A stretch of DNA of 64,000 bases, taken from the sequence record PQ657772.1; one strand, 5' to 3'. Position numbers and translations under genes: made by a program. The notes below the pieces were generated by a model that searched no databases, was not told the DNA's origin, and saw only the letters and a list, made by a program, of their open reading frames with translations. Below are positions 32,443 through 41,740 of this stretch, one piece after another; position 1 is the stretch's first letter; each line of letters starts with the position of its first letter.

Positions 32443-33222
32443 ATGTTTACATATGTAAAAGGTAGTTCTAAAGAAAATTATGAATTGGGTAACATCATCT
32501 CCAACCCAGTTGGTGTTAAGGGTTTAAAAGAACGCCCTGGGGCAACTCCAGATGATGAACAAACATATCGTTATTTGTACAGTGATATTCGTGCACTTTA
32601 TGGTATTTCAAGTAAAGATGGTTCTGAAATTGAACCTAATAACGCTGTTCGCAAAGAAGAGGGTTTCTGGTGGTTGGAATATAAGAATGTTGGTAATGTG
32701 AACGCAATTAATGAGAATTTGGAATATATTAAACTACAAGATAGTAATCAACCAGTCATCACATTCTTAGAAGAAGCAGAAGGTGAATATAAAGAGTTAA
32801 CAGTACTGAAAACTTATAATTATGTTGATATGGACATTGCAGCAGTTAAATCTGATCTGAAAGCACGCACAGTATCATCTCGTAGTGATCGTATTAATGC
32901 TGGTTATATGTTTAACGGTCATCGTTATAGTACTGATCTAGCTGGTCGTCAAATGCTTCTTAATTATTATACACAAGTAACTTCCGGTTCTGATAGCGTT
33001 TCGATTTTCCTTGATGACGCAATTGTAAAACTATCTGCTGCTGAAATGACTCAACTATACACTGAAGCATTTGCTATGGTTGAATCCCTATTTGCAGAGT
33101 GTAATAAGCAATGTGCTGACATTGATGCAGTTCCTGATGCTGATGAAGATGCAATTTATAAAGCACAACAGGCGGCTGTATGGGTATATGAAGGTATTGA
33201 TATTCCTGAGCGTACTCGTTAA
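32443..33222 (+). CDS. Tail-fibre assembly-type protein (C-terminal DUF4376-like domain)
   Basis: RINAGYMFNGHRYSTD...RQML...IVKLSAAEMTQL pattern; lies directly after the fibre genes. Confidence 0.55.
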   Translation: MFTYVKGSSKENYELGNIISNPVGVKGLKERPGATPDDEQTYRYLYSDIRALYGISSKDGSEIEPNNAVRKEEGFWWLEYKNVGNVNAINENLEYIKLQDSNQPVITFLEEAEGEYKELTVLKTYNYVDMDIAAVKSDLKARTVSSRSDRINAGYMFNGHRYSTDLAGRQMLLNYYTQVTSGSDSVSIFLDDAIVKLSAAEMTQLYTEAFAMVESLFAECNKQCADIDAVPDADEDAIYKAQQAAVWVYEGIDIPERTR

Positions 33223-33235
33223 TTTATATTTTTTT

Positions 33236-33264
33236 AAAGGTCAACTATGGTTGGCCTTTTCTTT
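33236..33264 (+). terminator. Rho-independent terminator
   Basis: AAAGGTCAAC-tatg-GTTGGCCTTT followed by T. Confidence 0.7.
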
Positions 33265-33313
33265 TATCTAAAATAAATACTTAATATATAATCTATTCTG
33301 AGGAAATATTTAA

Positions 33314-35278
33314 ATGAGTATAAATCGAATTAGAGGTGATGGTGGTGTAATTATAGATAGTCAGGCATTTCTAGAATTACCTAAAGCACCGACTAAAGAA
33401 ACCGCTGATGTGGTTAGATCAGGGATGATTAGATACAATAAAGGATGGAAAGCATTTGAAGGTGTACTAGACTTTGAAGATGGTTCAATGGCATATCGAC
33501 GTTTTGCAAACCTAGATGCAAACGGTAAACTTCTTACTTCCCAATTACCAGATTCAGTAACTAGTGGTTTACAATTTGTTGGTACATATAATCCCATCCC
33601 AGATGATATCGATCCACCTTTAGCACAAACTCCACTACCAGCACCATCACCATCGCTTAATGGTGATTATTATGTCGTTCGTGGTATAATGGATGCCGCA
33701 CAAGCACATTATGAAGCAAATAATCCACAAACAAGTCCTGTTACATTTACACCTACAAATCCAACTGGACAAGGTAATTGGATTGAAATTTTATATTATG
33801 TTGACTCTAATCCAAATATATCTGGTGCTAAACTAGTAACATACGCTTTTGCTAGAATTATTACTGCATCTATTCCCAGTACTGGACATGATGGCCTTGA
33901 AAATTTAGCAACAGATACTGACTTGACCAAACCATTTGCATCTGGTGTTCCAATGAACCAAACTGCACTTTCAGATGGCGATTGGATTATTATAACTGAA
34001 GATAAGAATATACGTCTTCGTCAGTCAAGAACAAGCATTTCCGCTGCTTCAGTATTATATGACAATACTGTAATGATTGCAAATCATCGTCAATTTAGAA
34101 CAAACGCAGGGACCGTTCAAACATCCATAGATAACGTTGTGATTGAGTGTTTACGTAGAACTGGCGATTCCATGTATAATGATGGAACAGACGGCTCTGG
34201 GCGTTTTGGGGTGGTGTATGGCAGTGCAGCAGCACCAGCATTGACATTTAATAATAATCCGTTTGACCCAACGAACAACCCAGGTAATGACCCAACTAAG
34301 TGGTCCGATGCTAATACTGGTATATTCCATCCAGCAGATGATGCAATTGGTTTTACAACAGCCGGAACTGAGCGTGTTCGAATTAATAATGGAACACTAA
34401 CATTATTCCAAACTACCGCTACACCAGCAGCTACGCCAGTAATACGTTTTGATAATGCATCAAACACAAACGTAGGGATAAGTGCAAGTAGTAATATTAT
34501 TTCTTTAAGTTCAATGAATAAAGTTCAAGTTGAATTTAAAAATGGTGAATCACATTTTCATGGAAATATTATTGTAGATGGTTCAACATCACTAACTGGT
34601 GATTTAAACGCAGGTAACATCACTGCCAGCGGGAATTTAGTTGTTAAAGGTAATACAACACTAGGCGACACTACTGGTGACACTATTACAGTTAATGGTG
34701 TTAGTACTTATAATGCAAATACTAATTTCAATGGAACTAATAACAAATTCAAAAACATAAACTTACTAGAGAATGGTGTATTCACATTAGAAAGTACTAC
34801 AAACCAAAGTGATATAAAACTACTTGGTGCAGACTTACGTTTCACTATGGGAAGTTATGCTGATGTAAGTATATATGATAACGGTGTTATTCGTACTCGT
34901 TTCAACCGATATGGTATTCAATTACCAGTACTGGCTACAATTGATAACTCGGTTGGTGTTGATGGTATGATTGCATACTCAAATACCGAACGTACATCGA
35001 TGCAGAAGGTCCAAGGACAATGGGTTCCAATTGGTTCTGGTTCTGTACGTACTGACCCGTTTGTTGCGTCAGCGTGGGTTTTAAACGGCTCATATTACAC
35101 ATTAACAGTAACTGCCAGTAACATAGTAACTGCTGAAATTCAAGAACTCGTAAGTGCTGGTGTTTACACTCGTGTTGAAGTTGATAGTGTTACATTCAAT
35201 GGAACAAGCGTAGTGTTCAGTATTCCTGCAACTCCTGATGTGAGATTTGCCGGACGTACACTGGTTACATTAAGATAA
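33314..35278 (+). CDS. Tail fibre-like virion protein
   Basis: GMIRYN...FEG, LDANGKL..SQLP and GSAAAPALTF...NTGIF...IGFTTAGTER motifs typical of phage fibres. Confidence 0.6.
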   Translation: MSINRIRGDGGVIIDSQAFLELPKAPTKETADVVRSGMIRYNKGWKAFEGVLDFEDGSMAYRRFANLDANGKLLTSQLPDSVTSGLQFVGTYNPIPDDIDPPLAQTPLPAPSPSLNGDYYVVRGIMDAAQAHYEANNPQTSPVTFTPTNPTGQGNWIEILYYVDSNPNISGAKLVTYAFARIITASIPSTGHDGLENLATDTDLTKPFASGVPMNQTALSDGDWIIITEDKNIRLRQSRTSISAASVLYDNTVMIANHRQFRTNAGTVQTSIDNVVIECLRRTGDSMYNDGTDGSGRFGVVYGSAAAPALTFNNNPFDPTNNPGNDPTKWSDANTGIFHPADDAIGFTTAGTERVRINNGTLTLFQTTATPAATPVIRFDNASNTNVGISASSNIISLSSMNKVQVEFKNGESHFHGNIIVDGSTSLTGDLNAGNITASGNLVVKGNTTLGDTTGDTITVNGVSTYNANTNFNGTNNKFKNINLLENGVFTLESTTNQSDIKLLGADLRFTMGSYADVSIYDNGVIRTRFNRYGIQLPVLATIDNSVGVDGMIAYSNTERTSMQKVQGQWVPIGSGSVRTDPFVASAWVLNGSYYTLTVTASNIVTAEIQELVSAGVYTRVEVDSVTFNGTSVVFSIPATPDVRFAGRTLVTLR

Positions 35279-35280
35279 TA

Positions 35281-35311
35281 AAAAAAGGGAGACTTATGTC
35301 TCCCTTTTCTT
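35281..35311. terminator. Bidirectional terminator
   Basis: aaaaaaGGGAGAC-ttat-GTCTCCCtttt. Confidence 0.85.
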
Positions 35312-36241
35312 TTATACAGCCATTGGTGCTTTGATTGTTGGCATTGGATCGTAATTAACCAATTTGAAAGAATCCATAGTGAAATCTTCAATATCAGTAA
35401 TAGTAGGATCTAACCATAATTCTGGTAATGTACGCGGTTCACGTTGGAGTTGCTCTTTTACTTGTTCAATATGGTTTTGATAGATATGGCAGTCGCCACC
35501 ATTCCAAATAAATTCACCAACATCTAACCCTGTAATTTGTGCAATCATATGAGTTAGTAGTGAGTAACTACTAATATTAAATGGCACACCAAGGAATAGA
35601 TCAGCACTACGTTGATGAAGAATACAACTTAGTTTACCCTGTACAACACAAAACTGCACAAAGCTATGACAGGGTGGCAAAGTCATAGCATCAAGCTCAC
35701 CAACGTTCCATGCACTTAGAATGTGACGACGACCGTATGGATCAGTATTGATACCTTCAATAACTTGTTTTAGCTGGTCAGTTACACGACGCATAATAAC
35801 ACCATGTGAACCAGTATAATCAATAACTTTATACCCTTTATCTTTTAGTTCTTGAATTTCTTCAGTACTGGAACTGAATTTATAATCTTCCCATTCACGC
35901 CATTGTTTACCATAAACTGGGCCAAGCTCACCATCAGAATACCCAAGGCTTACACCTTGATTAAGGTAGTTGTCTGTCCAAATTGTTTTCTTTTCTACAT
36001 CACGTGTCCCGTGTAAAATTTCACACAGACGACGCTCATCGTGAGAACCTTCAATAAACCATAACAATTCTGAAGTCATTGCTTTCCAAGCCAAACGTTT
36101 AGTAGTTACTGCTGGGAAACCTTCTTTTAGGTCAAAACGCATTTGTTGTCCGATTAGCTTGATAGTGCCAACACCAGTACGATCAACGCTTTCGACACCT
36201 TGATCCAGAATTCTTTGATATAGTTCTTGTAGTTGTTTCAT
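35312..36241 (-). CDS. thyA: Thymidylate synthase
   Basis: DRTGVGT, ELLWF, LGPVYGKQWR, catalytic LPPCH, QRSADLFLGVPFN, GDCHIY. Confidence 0.97.
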   Translation of the reverse strand: MKQLQELYQRILDQGVESVDRTGVGTIKLIGQQMRFDLKEGFPAVTTKRLAWKAMTSELLWFIEGSHDERRLCEILHGTRDVEKKTIWTDNYLNQGVSLGYSDGELGPVYGKQWREWEDYKFSSSTEEIQELKDKGYKVIDYTGSHGVIMRRVTDQLKQVIEGINTDPYGRRHILSAWNVGELDAMTLPPCHSFVQFCVVQGKLSCILHQRSADLFLGVPFNISSYSLLTHMIAQITGLDVGEFIWNGGDCHIYQNHIEQVKEQLQREPRTLPELWLDPTITDIEDFTMDSFKLVNYDPMPTIKAPMAV

Positions 36242-36834
36242 TTTACGTCCTTGAAAAATGTAATAAAGTGTTCCATGTGTTTTTGTGTAGCATTACGTGA
36301 ACCAATCCCAGTCCAGTTACCGTGTGGTGCTGGTATTGAGAATGTTTCAGTAAACTCTTTCAGTACTGTATCATAATAAAATACAGAGCGAGTGTTCATA
36401 TCATAACAATATATTTCTGGATTGTCAACTGAATCCATATACATCTGTACGGCCCATGCAGTTCCACCTGAAACTTGCGTAGGTGATGTAATATTTGCAA
36501 TACAATATACTCTTTTTGTATTAAGTATCTGGTAACTATTCCTTGCAAGTAAGTTATATACATACGAACCAGGCTTAGGAACTTTACGGCGTAAAGAGTA
36601 ACATGCAATGTTTAATTGTTTTAATATTGAACTATCACAAAGGATATTGGGTGGAATTTCTAATATAGTATTTTCATCTACGCTGCTTTGGTGACCCTTG
36701 AATGAAAAATTTATTACTTCAAATCCATTGTCTTTTGCATAGATAGAAAAAAGGCGGTCAGCACCTGCTGCCCCGCCACTGAAACATACATTAGATAAAC
36801 CATTGATTGCTTCATCTAATTCTATTTTATTCAT
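36238..36834 (-). CDS. SLOG-superfamily (circularly permuted YspA-like) nucleotide-binding protein
   Basis: N-terminal FSGGAAGAD, central VSGGTAWAV, C-terminal WTGIGSR. Confidence 0.6.
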   Translation of the reverse strand: MNKIELDEAINGLSNVCFSGGAAGADRLFSIYAKDNGFEVINFSFKGHQSSVDENTILEIPPNILCDSSILKQLNIACYSLRRKVPKPGSYVYNLLARNSYQILNTKRVYCIANITSPTQVSGGTAWAVQMYMDSVDNPEIYCYDMNTRSVFYYDTVLKEFTETFSIPAPHGNWTGIGSRNATQKHMEHFITFFKDVK

Positions 36835-36839
36835 TTATA

Positions 36840-37493
36840 TTATTTTGCTTTACGTTCTGCAAATGCCTGTTTAACTTTCTCAATTGCTTTGGTTTGTGAA
36901 ATTCCTTCTGGGATTTCAATATAGAAAGTTTTGCTATCAGGTGCTACAGGTGTTGCTTGAACTTGTGGACGTAGAGATGGTTCTAAGTTGTAAGCACGTT
37001 CAAAGTGCTCTTTAGCCAACTGCTCATAACGTTGTGCATCTTTAAGTAGTTGCTCAACAATGGTAGCTTCTTCAACAGAAGTATCAACTTCTTGTGGCTT
37101 GAATGGGTTGTATTCTTTAACTTTACCATCTTCATGTTTTTTAGCATCATTATCATTGATTGCGTTGTTTAGAACATCAAGAGAAATCTTACTGTTTCCA
37201 CCAACATGCATATCAATATCACAAGTACGTGCACGACGCAAATGTTGTAGATTATGAAGAACATCTAGCATTTTGCGACCGTCTAGATGACCAATCTTAT
37301 GCATAACTTCCCACAAATCTACATTCGATTGACCTTGATTCATTACTAAATCTGCAACAGATTGAGCATATGCTTCAGGAAGTGAGTCGCGATAAACAAT
37401 GAGACAATGTTCTGGATCATCAGGGAGTGAACGCCATACCACAAATACTCGTGAACCCGTATTACGTACTACACCAACGTGACGAATAGCCAT
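36840..37493 (-). CDS. Hypothetical protein
   Basis: 217-aa ORF, GGAG RBS, operonic. Confidence 0.7.
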   Translation of the reverse strand: MAIRHVGVVRNTGSRVFVVWRSLPDDPEHCLIVYRDSLPEAYAQSVADLVMNQGQSNVDLWEVMHKIGHLDGRKMLDVLHNLQHLRRARTCDIDMHVGGNSKISLDVLNNAINDNDAKKHEDGKVKEYNPFKPQEVDTSVEEATIVEQLLKDAQRYEQLAKEHFERAYNLEPSLRPQVQATPVAPDSKTFYIEIPEGISQTKAIEKVKQAFAERKAK

Positions 37494-37495
37494 TA

Positions 37496-37726
37496 TTATT
37501 CTCCTTTATTTTGTTCAGCAGCAGCTTGTGCAGCATCAGCTTCTTCTTGTGCTTTGATATCTTCGAGTGCAGAGTTAGCAAACTCAACAAACTTAGATAC
37601 GACTGGAGCAACATCAACAAGTTCTTCGACTTTAAATGAATTACGAGCCACAGCAGCTTCCATGATTTTAGCAGCGTTGATTAGGTCGATTAGTGTTAGT
37701 TGAATTTTTTCTGGTTCTTGTTCCAT
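37496..37726 (-). CDS. Small hypothetical helical protein
   Basis: MEQEPEKIQLTLIDL..., 76 aa; start moved to ATG 37726 after GGAGAG. Confidence 0.65.
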   Translation of the reverse strand: MEQEPEKIQLTLIDLINAAKIMEAAVARNSFKVEELVDVAPVVSKFVEFANSALEDIKAQEEADAAQAAAEQNKGE

Positions 37727-37791
37727 TTTAATACTCTCCATGTATGTTGTTACAAATATAATTATATCACCTTTTTCCAAGCTGTCCCGCT

Positions 37792-37823
37792 GAAAAAAGT
37801 AGAGAACGGAATTTTCCGTTCTC
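37792..37823 (-). terminator. Terminator after the vWA gene
   Basis: GAGAACGGAA-aa-TTCCGTTCTC followed by a T-run on the minus strand. Confidence 0.8.
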
Positions 37824-37835
37824 ATTATTTAGTAC

Positions 37836-39245
37836 TTAGCTACGTTGACGCTTTTTGTCAGCTTCATATTCGTAGTGTACAGTTTCGCCAAATGGTGCTT
37901 GTTTGTTAGGATTACTGTGGATAACAAACAGTGTCTTACAGTAATCAGGATCACCCCATGACTGCCACGGCTCACCATCTGTAAACATAATAAGCTGTTT
38001 AGGCTTATAGTTGTCATGCTTCATATGAACCCATACTGCTTCAAAGTCAGTACCACCACCACCTTTCACTGGATATTCGAGAATCTTACTCTCTTCACCA
38101 GTTTTGTAATCTTTCACAGTATAAACTTCAGTATCGAACGTCATGATACGGATTTTAAATTGTTTAAACTGCTTAGTGATACCCAGTACTTCACTGATGA
38201 AATCACGGAGCATATCTTCAGAGATAGAACCGGATGCATCTAGTGCAATTGCAATATCAATATCATCATCTGGTTTCATACCAGGGAAGATTGGATTCCC
38301 GTAGAATGAACCAGAACTACCAAAACCAGCACCCCATGAACGACGATTAGGATTTTGATAAGTTGCATCAGACTTCAACCAGCTACGCAGTGTGCGGTGA
38401 AGTTTAGAACGCCAGTCGATCTTTGGTTCTTTGAAGTTGTTAATCATACGTGCGATTTCAGCAGGAGTACCACCTGCACGAGCAGCATTCATCATTGCTG
38501 TTTTGAAATCATCCATATAATCACGTTTTTGTTTATCACTTGAACCACCTTCTTGACCTTCTTGTGGAACGTCATGCTGGTCGATTGTTGTACCTTTGCC
38601 TTTACCATCTTTGATATCACCAAAAGTACCGCGTGATTTACCTTCACCCTCACCACTACCAGCCTGTGGATTTCCTTCACCTTCTCCGTCTTGATCCTGC
38701 TTATCTTCTTCTTCGAGAATGTTATAAATCTCTTCAGCAGTCATACCATCGTACTTTTTATCGTACAGCCATTGGCTTTGGATTTTACCAATTTTATCAC
38801 GAACAAGAATCTGGTTAATTGCATAGTCAGCAGCACGGTTATAACGCTGCGGGTCACGCATACCACGACGCAAGAAGTGGTCATATGCACAGTGAAGAAT
38901 TTCATGACAGATAACTGCAATCAGGTTTTCATCGGTCAAACCTTCTGTCATTTCTTTAAGTTGTTCTTCAGTTACTTCAGGATGTTTCTCACGAATTGCT
39001 TCTTCGTATGCTGACTTTTTGGATTGGTCCTGAATACCCATGATGAATTCTACGTTGTAGAATAAATGCTTACCATCTACAGCCAAAGTACGACACCATG
39101 TGTTGTTTGCAACTGGACGCAGACGAGAAGCCAGTACACCAAAGAATGGGAATGTTAGCATTAAAGATGTGCGAGCTAAGATCAGACGATCTTGACATTC
39201 TTTCTGGAGAGCCGGAGTAACATCACTGAAACGTTTATCTGACAT
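37836..39245 (-). CDS. HExxH metallopeptidase fused to a vWA domain (DUF2201-like)
   Basis: TLAVDG, HEILHCAYDH, N.AADYAIN; acidic linker; MIDAS DASGS, FDTEV, GGGGTDF, MFTDG. Confidence 0.88.
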   Translation of the reverse strand: MSDKRFSDVTPALQKECQDRLILARTSLMLTFPFFGVLASRLRPVANNTWCRTLAVDGKHLFYNVEFIMGIQDQSKKSAYEEAIREKHPEVTEEQLKEMTEGLTDENLIAVICHEILHCAYDHFLRRGMRDPQRYNRAADYAINQILVRDKIGKIQSQWLYDKKYDGMTAEEIYNILEEEDKQDQDGEGEGNPQAGSGEGEGKSRGTFGDIKDGKGKGTTIDQHDVPQEGQEGGSSDKQKRDYMDDFKTAMMNAARAGGTPAEIARMINNFKEPKIDWRSKLHRTLRSWLKSDATYQNPNRRSWGAGFGSSGSFYGNPIFPGMKPDDDIDIAIALDASGSISEDMLRDFISEVLGITKQFKQFKIRIMTFDTEVYTVKDYKTGEESKILEYPVKGGGGTDFEAVWVHMKHDNYKPKQLIMFTDGEPWQSWGDPDYCKTLFVIHSNPNKQAPFGETVHYEYEADKKRQRS

Positions 39246-39270
39246 TTGTATTTCCTCGTTTAGTTAAGAT

Positions 39271-39305
39271 AAAAGAAGGATACCATGTGGTATCCTCCTT
39301 GTCAA
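39271..39305 (-). terminator. Terminator hairpin overlapping a sigma70-like promoter
   Basis: AGGATACC-acat-GGTATCCT-tctttt; TTGACA (39300-39305) is 17 nt upstream of TATCCT (39277-39282). Confidence 0.6.
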
Positions 39306-39320
39306 CACTCTTTTTAATTA

Positions 39321-40649
39321 TTAACCAAGAGAGCGTGCTTTACGTACTAGGTCAGAGTACTTCATAACGAAGTCTTTAAACGCTGGTACATCTTTAATCG
39401 TAATCGCTACTTTATGAAGCGTGATGGTACGAATCGCCAGTACTGCCAGTTCTGCTTGAGTTGCAGAGAAGTTATGGTCTAGGAAGGTGATGAAGTTGTT
39501 GCACAGCTTACCCCAATCTTCCACTGGTAGACGTTGTTCTTGCTTCTCATTGTAGAGGTCGATAATTTTGTAAACCAGATTCAGAGTGATGAAGTAGTTC
39601 GCGGAAATATCAAGCGAAGCATCAATCTCTTTAATCTCACCCTGTAGGATGGACATGGTATCTGGTAGTTTAGCTACGTTATCAACATACTCGATGTATT
39701 CAGTTGCTACGCCTTCACCAACACGACCTGCAATCATCGCACGGAACACTTCTTTATCAATGTTCTTAACTTTCTTCAGATCTTCGTAGCGTGCTACTGC
39801 TTCCCATGAACGTGGAGAAGTACCACCACAGTGAGAAGGATCTTGTGGGCTAAGGGTGTTGAAGTGTTTAGCACCAGTGTTGTTGATGAACGCTACAGTT
39901 GCTGGGTTCAAACGCTTACCAATCGCATAATCGTTAATCCAATCTTGATGATAAGGAATCATTTCGATGTGGGTCATACGGTCACGCAGTGGTGTAGCTA
40001 GAGAGAACGTTACACCGCCATCAGTTTCACGGTTACCTGCTGCGAGAATCAGTGCAGTCTTAGGTAGCTTCATCTCACCAACACAACGGTCGAGGATTAG
40101 CTGATAAGACGCTGCCTGTACAATCGGCATTGCAGAGTTGATTTCGTCAAACAGAATAACACCTTTCCAATCTGGAGACAGTTTCAGTACTTTAGGTGCT
40201 GCCCACACAACTGCTGTTTCAGCGATGTAATCTTGTGCACTAGCCAGTTCAGATTCAATCAGTTGCTTACCATCCATATCAAGGAACACTTTCTCTGGAA
40301 CTGGGATACCGCGAAGGTCACTTGGTTCAATCTGAGACAAACGGAAATCGATAAAGTTAGTGTCTTGGTCGATTAGTTTGGCTTCAAACGCTGCCAGTTC
40401 ACGGCGAAGTTGATCAGCATTTTCAGTATCAGCTTCGATTTGTTGTTTCATGAACTCAATTTTTGCCACGTTATCTTTACGCAGTGGGTAGTTCTCATCA
40501 GCGTATTGACGTGCGATAGCAGATTTACCGATACCAGGGCTACCCCAAATCATCAGGCTATCTTGAATCATGTCAGCCAGTGCCATTGCTTCTTTAGCTT
40601 TCTTAGGAGTCAGTTTTACGTTCAGGATATCGTTGTTTTGAGTAGACAT
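39321..40649 (-). CDS. MoxR-family AAA+ ATPase
   Basis: Walker A WGSPGIGKS, DFRLSQIEPSDLRGIP, Walker B ILFDEIN, AAGNR, PLRDR, SPRSW. Confidence 0.9.
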   Translation of the reverse strand: MSTQNNDILNVKLTPKKAKEAMALADMIQDSLMIWGSPGIGKSAIARQYADENYPLRKDNVAKIEFMKQQIEADTENADQLRRELAAFEAKLIDQDTNFIDFRLSQIEPSDLRGIPVPEKVFLDMDGKQLIESELASAQDYIAETAVVWAAPKVLKLSPDWKGVILFDEINSAMPIVQAASYQLILDRCVGEMKLPKTALILAAGNRETDGGVTFSLATPLRDRMTHIEMIPYHQDWINDYAIGKRLNPATVAFINNTGAKHFNTLSPQDPSHCGGTSPRSWEAVARYEDLKKVKNIDKEVFRAMIAGRVGEGVATEYIEYVDNVAKLPDTMSILQGEIKEIDASLDISANYFITLNLVYKIIDLYNEKQEQRLPVEDWGKLCNNFITFLDHNFSATQAELAVLAIRTITLHKVAITIKDVPAFKDFVMKYSDLVRKARSLG

Positions 40650-40689
40650 GTATATTTTCCTTTTGTTGGATAAAATCGTTTAGGTTTCT

Positions 40690-40718
40690 ATTATAGCCAA
40701 TCCGTGGGCAAAAGTAAA
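40690..40718 (-). promoter_or_regulatory. Early promoter
   Basis: TTTACT-N17-TATAAT upstream of the MoxR gene. Confidence 0.55.
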
Positions 40719-40820
40719 GGAACTGTGTTAAAAGAATTTTTAACTTATCAGTTCCTTTGTTACTTCATGAATCATCCGTGTATTTAAAAAGGCATTTCTC
40801 TTTGCCGTCTTGATGTGGTC

Positions 40821-40848
40821 ATTATATCACATCGTTCAGGCTTGTCAA
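40821..40848 (-). promoter_or_regulatory. Early promoter
   Basis: TTGACA-AGCCTGAACGATGTGA-TATAAT. Confidence 0.75.
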
Positions 40849-40912
40849 CAACTTTTTTATTTCTTTTTCAATCTCACATCTTGTGATTTTGAAAACTTGC
40901 TTCGTGGTGGTC

Positions 40913-40940
40913 ATTATAACACATCATTCGGCGTTGTCAA
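40913..40940 (-). promoter_or_regulatory. Early promoter
   Basis: TTGACA-ACGCCGAATGATGTGT-TATAAT. Confidence 0.75.
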
Positions 40941-40965
40941 CATCTTTTTTTCTTTATTTTCGAAG

Positions 40966-41343
40966 CTACATGTGCATCGAAAATAACATTCTAAAATCAT
41001 CACCACACAATGTTAACTCTGTAACTATCATTGCGTCCGAGAGGTATATGTACTGCCCTTCTACATAGTAGGGTGAAGTACATATCCTATCAAGCGATGT
41101 AAAGATTATAGAACTTTTGAACTCTCTTTGCAAGGGGATTTTTGTAAATTCGTAAAGAATGTTTTCTTTACAAATTGTATATCCAAACTTGCTAAGTCTT
41201 AAACCACCGCCAGTTCTGAAATTTTCAAAAATTGACATCAGAAGCATACGGTCTGTTAATTCAGCGTCTGATCCATGTACTTCTCTAACTTTTAAAAGTA
41301 CATCGTTTTGAAATTCAGTACTGTTGTGTGGTTCAGGAATCAT
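40966..41343 (-). CDS. Hypothetical protein
   Basis: 125-aa ORF packed in an operon. Confidence 0.65.
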   Translation of the reverse strand: MIPEPHNSTEFQNDVLLKVREVHGSDAELTDRMLLMSIFENFRTGGGLRLSKFGYTICKENILYEFTKIPLQREFKSSIIFTSLDRICTSPYYVEGQYIYLSDAMIVTELTLCGDDFRMLFSMHM

Positions 41344-41346
41344 AAA

Positions 41347-41739
41347 TTACATCCCCACGAAACCCTGTCTTGCTGCATATGAAGGAGCATCTTTAACTTT
41401 ATAGTCTTGGACACCATCTTTACCAATTTTCGGACCCATATCTTTGGTTCCGAAGCAGCAATCAGTGGATTCATCAACTTCTTCAGTACTTTCATCATTA
41501 TATCGAACATCCGATAAAATGTCACACGCTTTTTGAAGCTTTTCTACGATTTCTTTTTGATCTTCACCTGATTTAACCTTATCCACAATGTGGATAAGGC
41601 ATTCGGTGATATCTTTAAGTAAATCGGTGGCAACAGCATCAGAAGGAGTCTCAACTGCAAAACTTTCTTCTTCAGTAGATTCTTCACTAGAAGTGATTTC
41701 ATCTAATGCTTCAACCAATTCACGATAATTATATCCCAT
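41347..41739 (-). CDS. Acidic putative internal head protein
   Basis: E/D-rich with LVE-A and VDE-S sites. Confidence 0.5.
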   Translation of the reverse strand: MGYNYRELVEALDEITSSEESTEEESFAVETPSDAVATDLLKDITECLIHIVDKVKSGEDQKEIVEKLQKACDILSDVRYNDESTEEVDESTDCCFGTKDMGPKIGKDGVQDYKVKDAPSYAARQGFVGM

Positions 41740-41740
41740 C

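Noticed and set aside
35780-35900. Extra segment in thyA as a possible intron or intein
   Set aside because: In frame, about 25-30 aa, no stop codons and no splicing motifs; an ordinary loop insertion
40800-40960. Repeat pair as a mini-CRISPR or origin iterons
   Set aside because: Only two imperfect copies, fully explained as tandem sigma70 promoters
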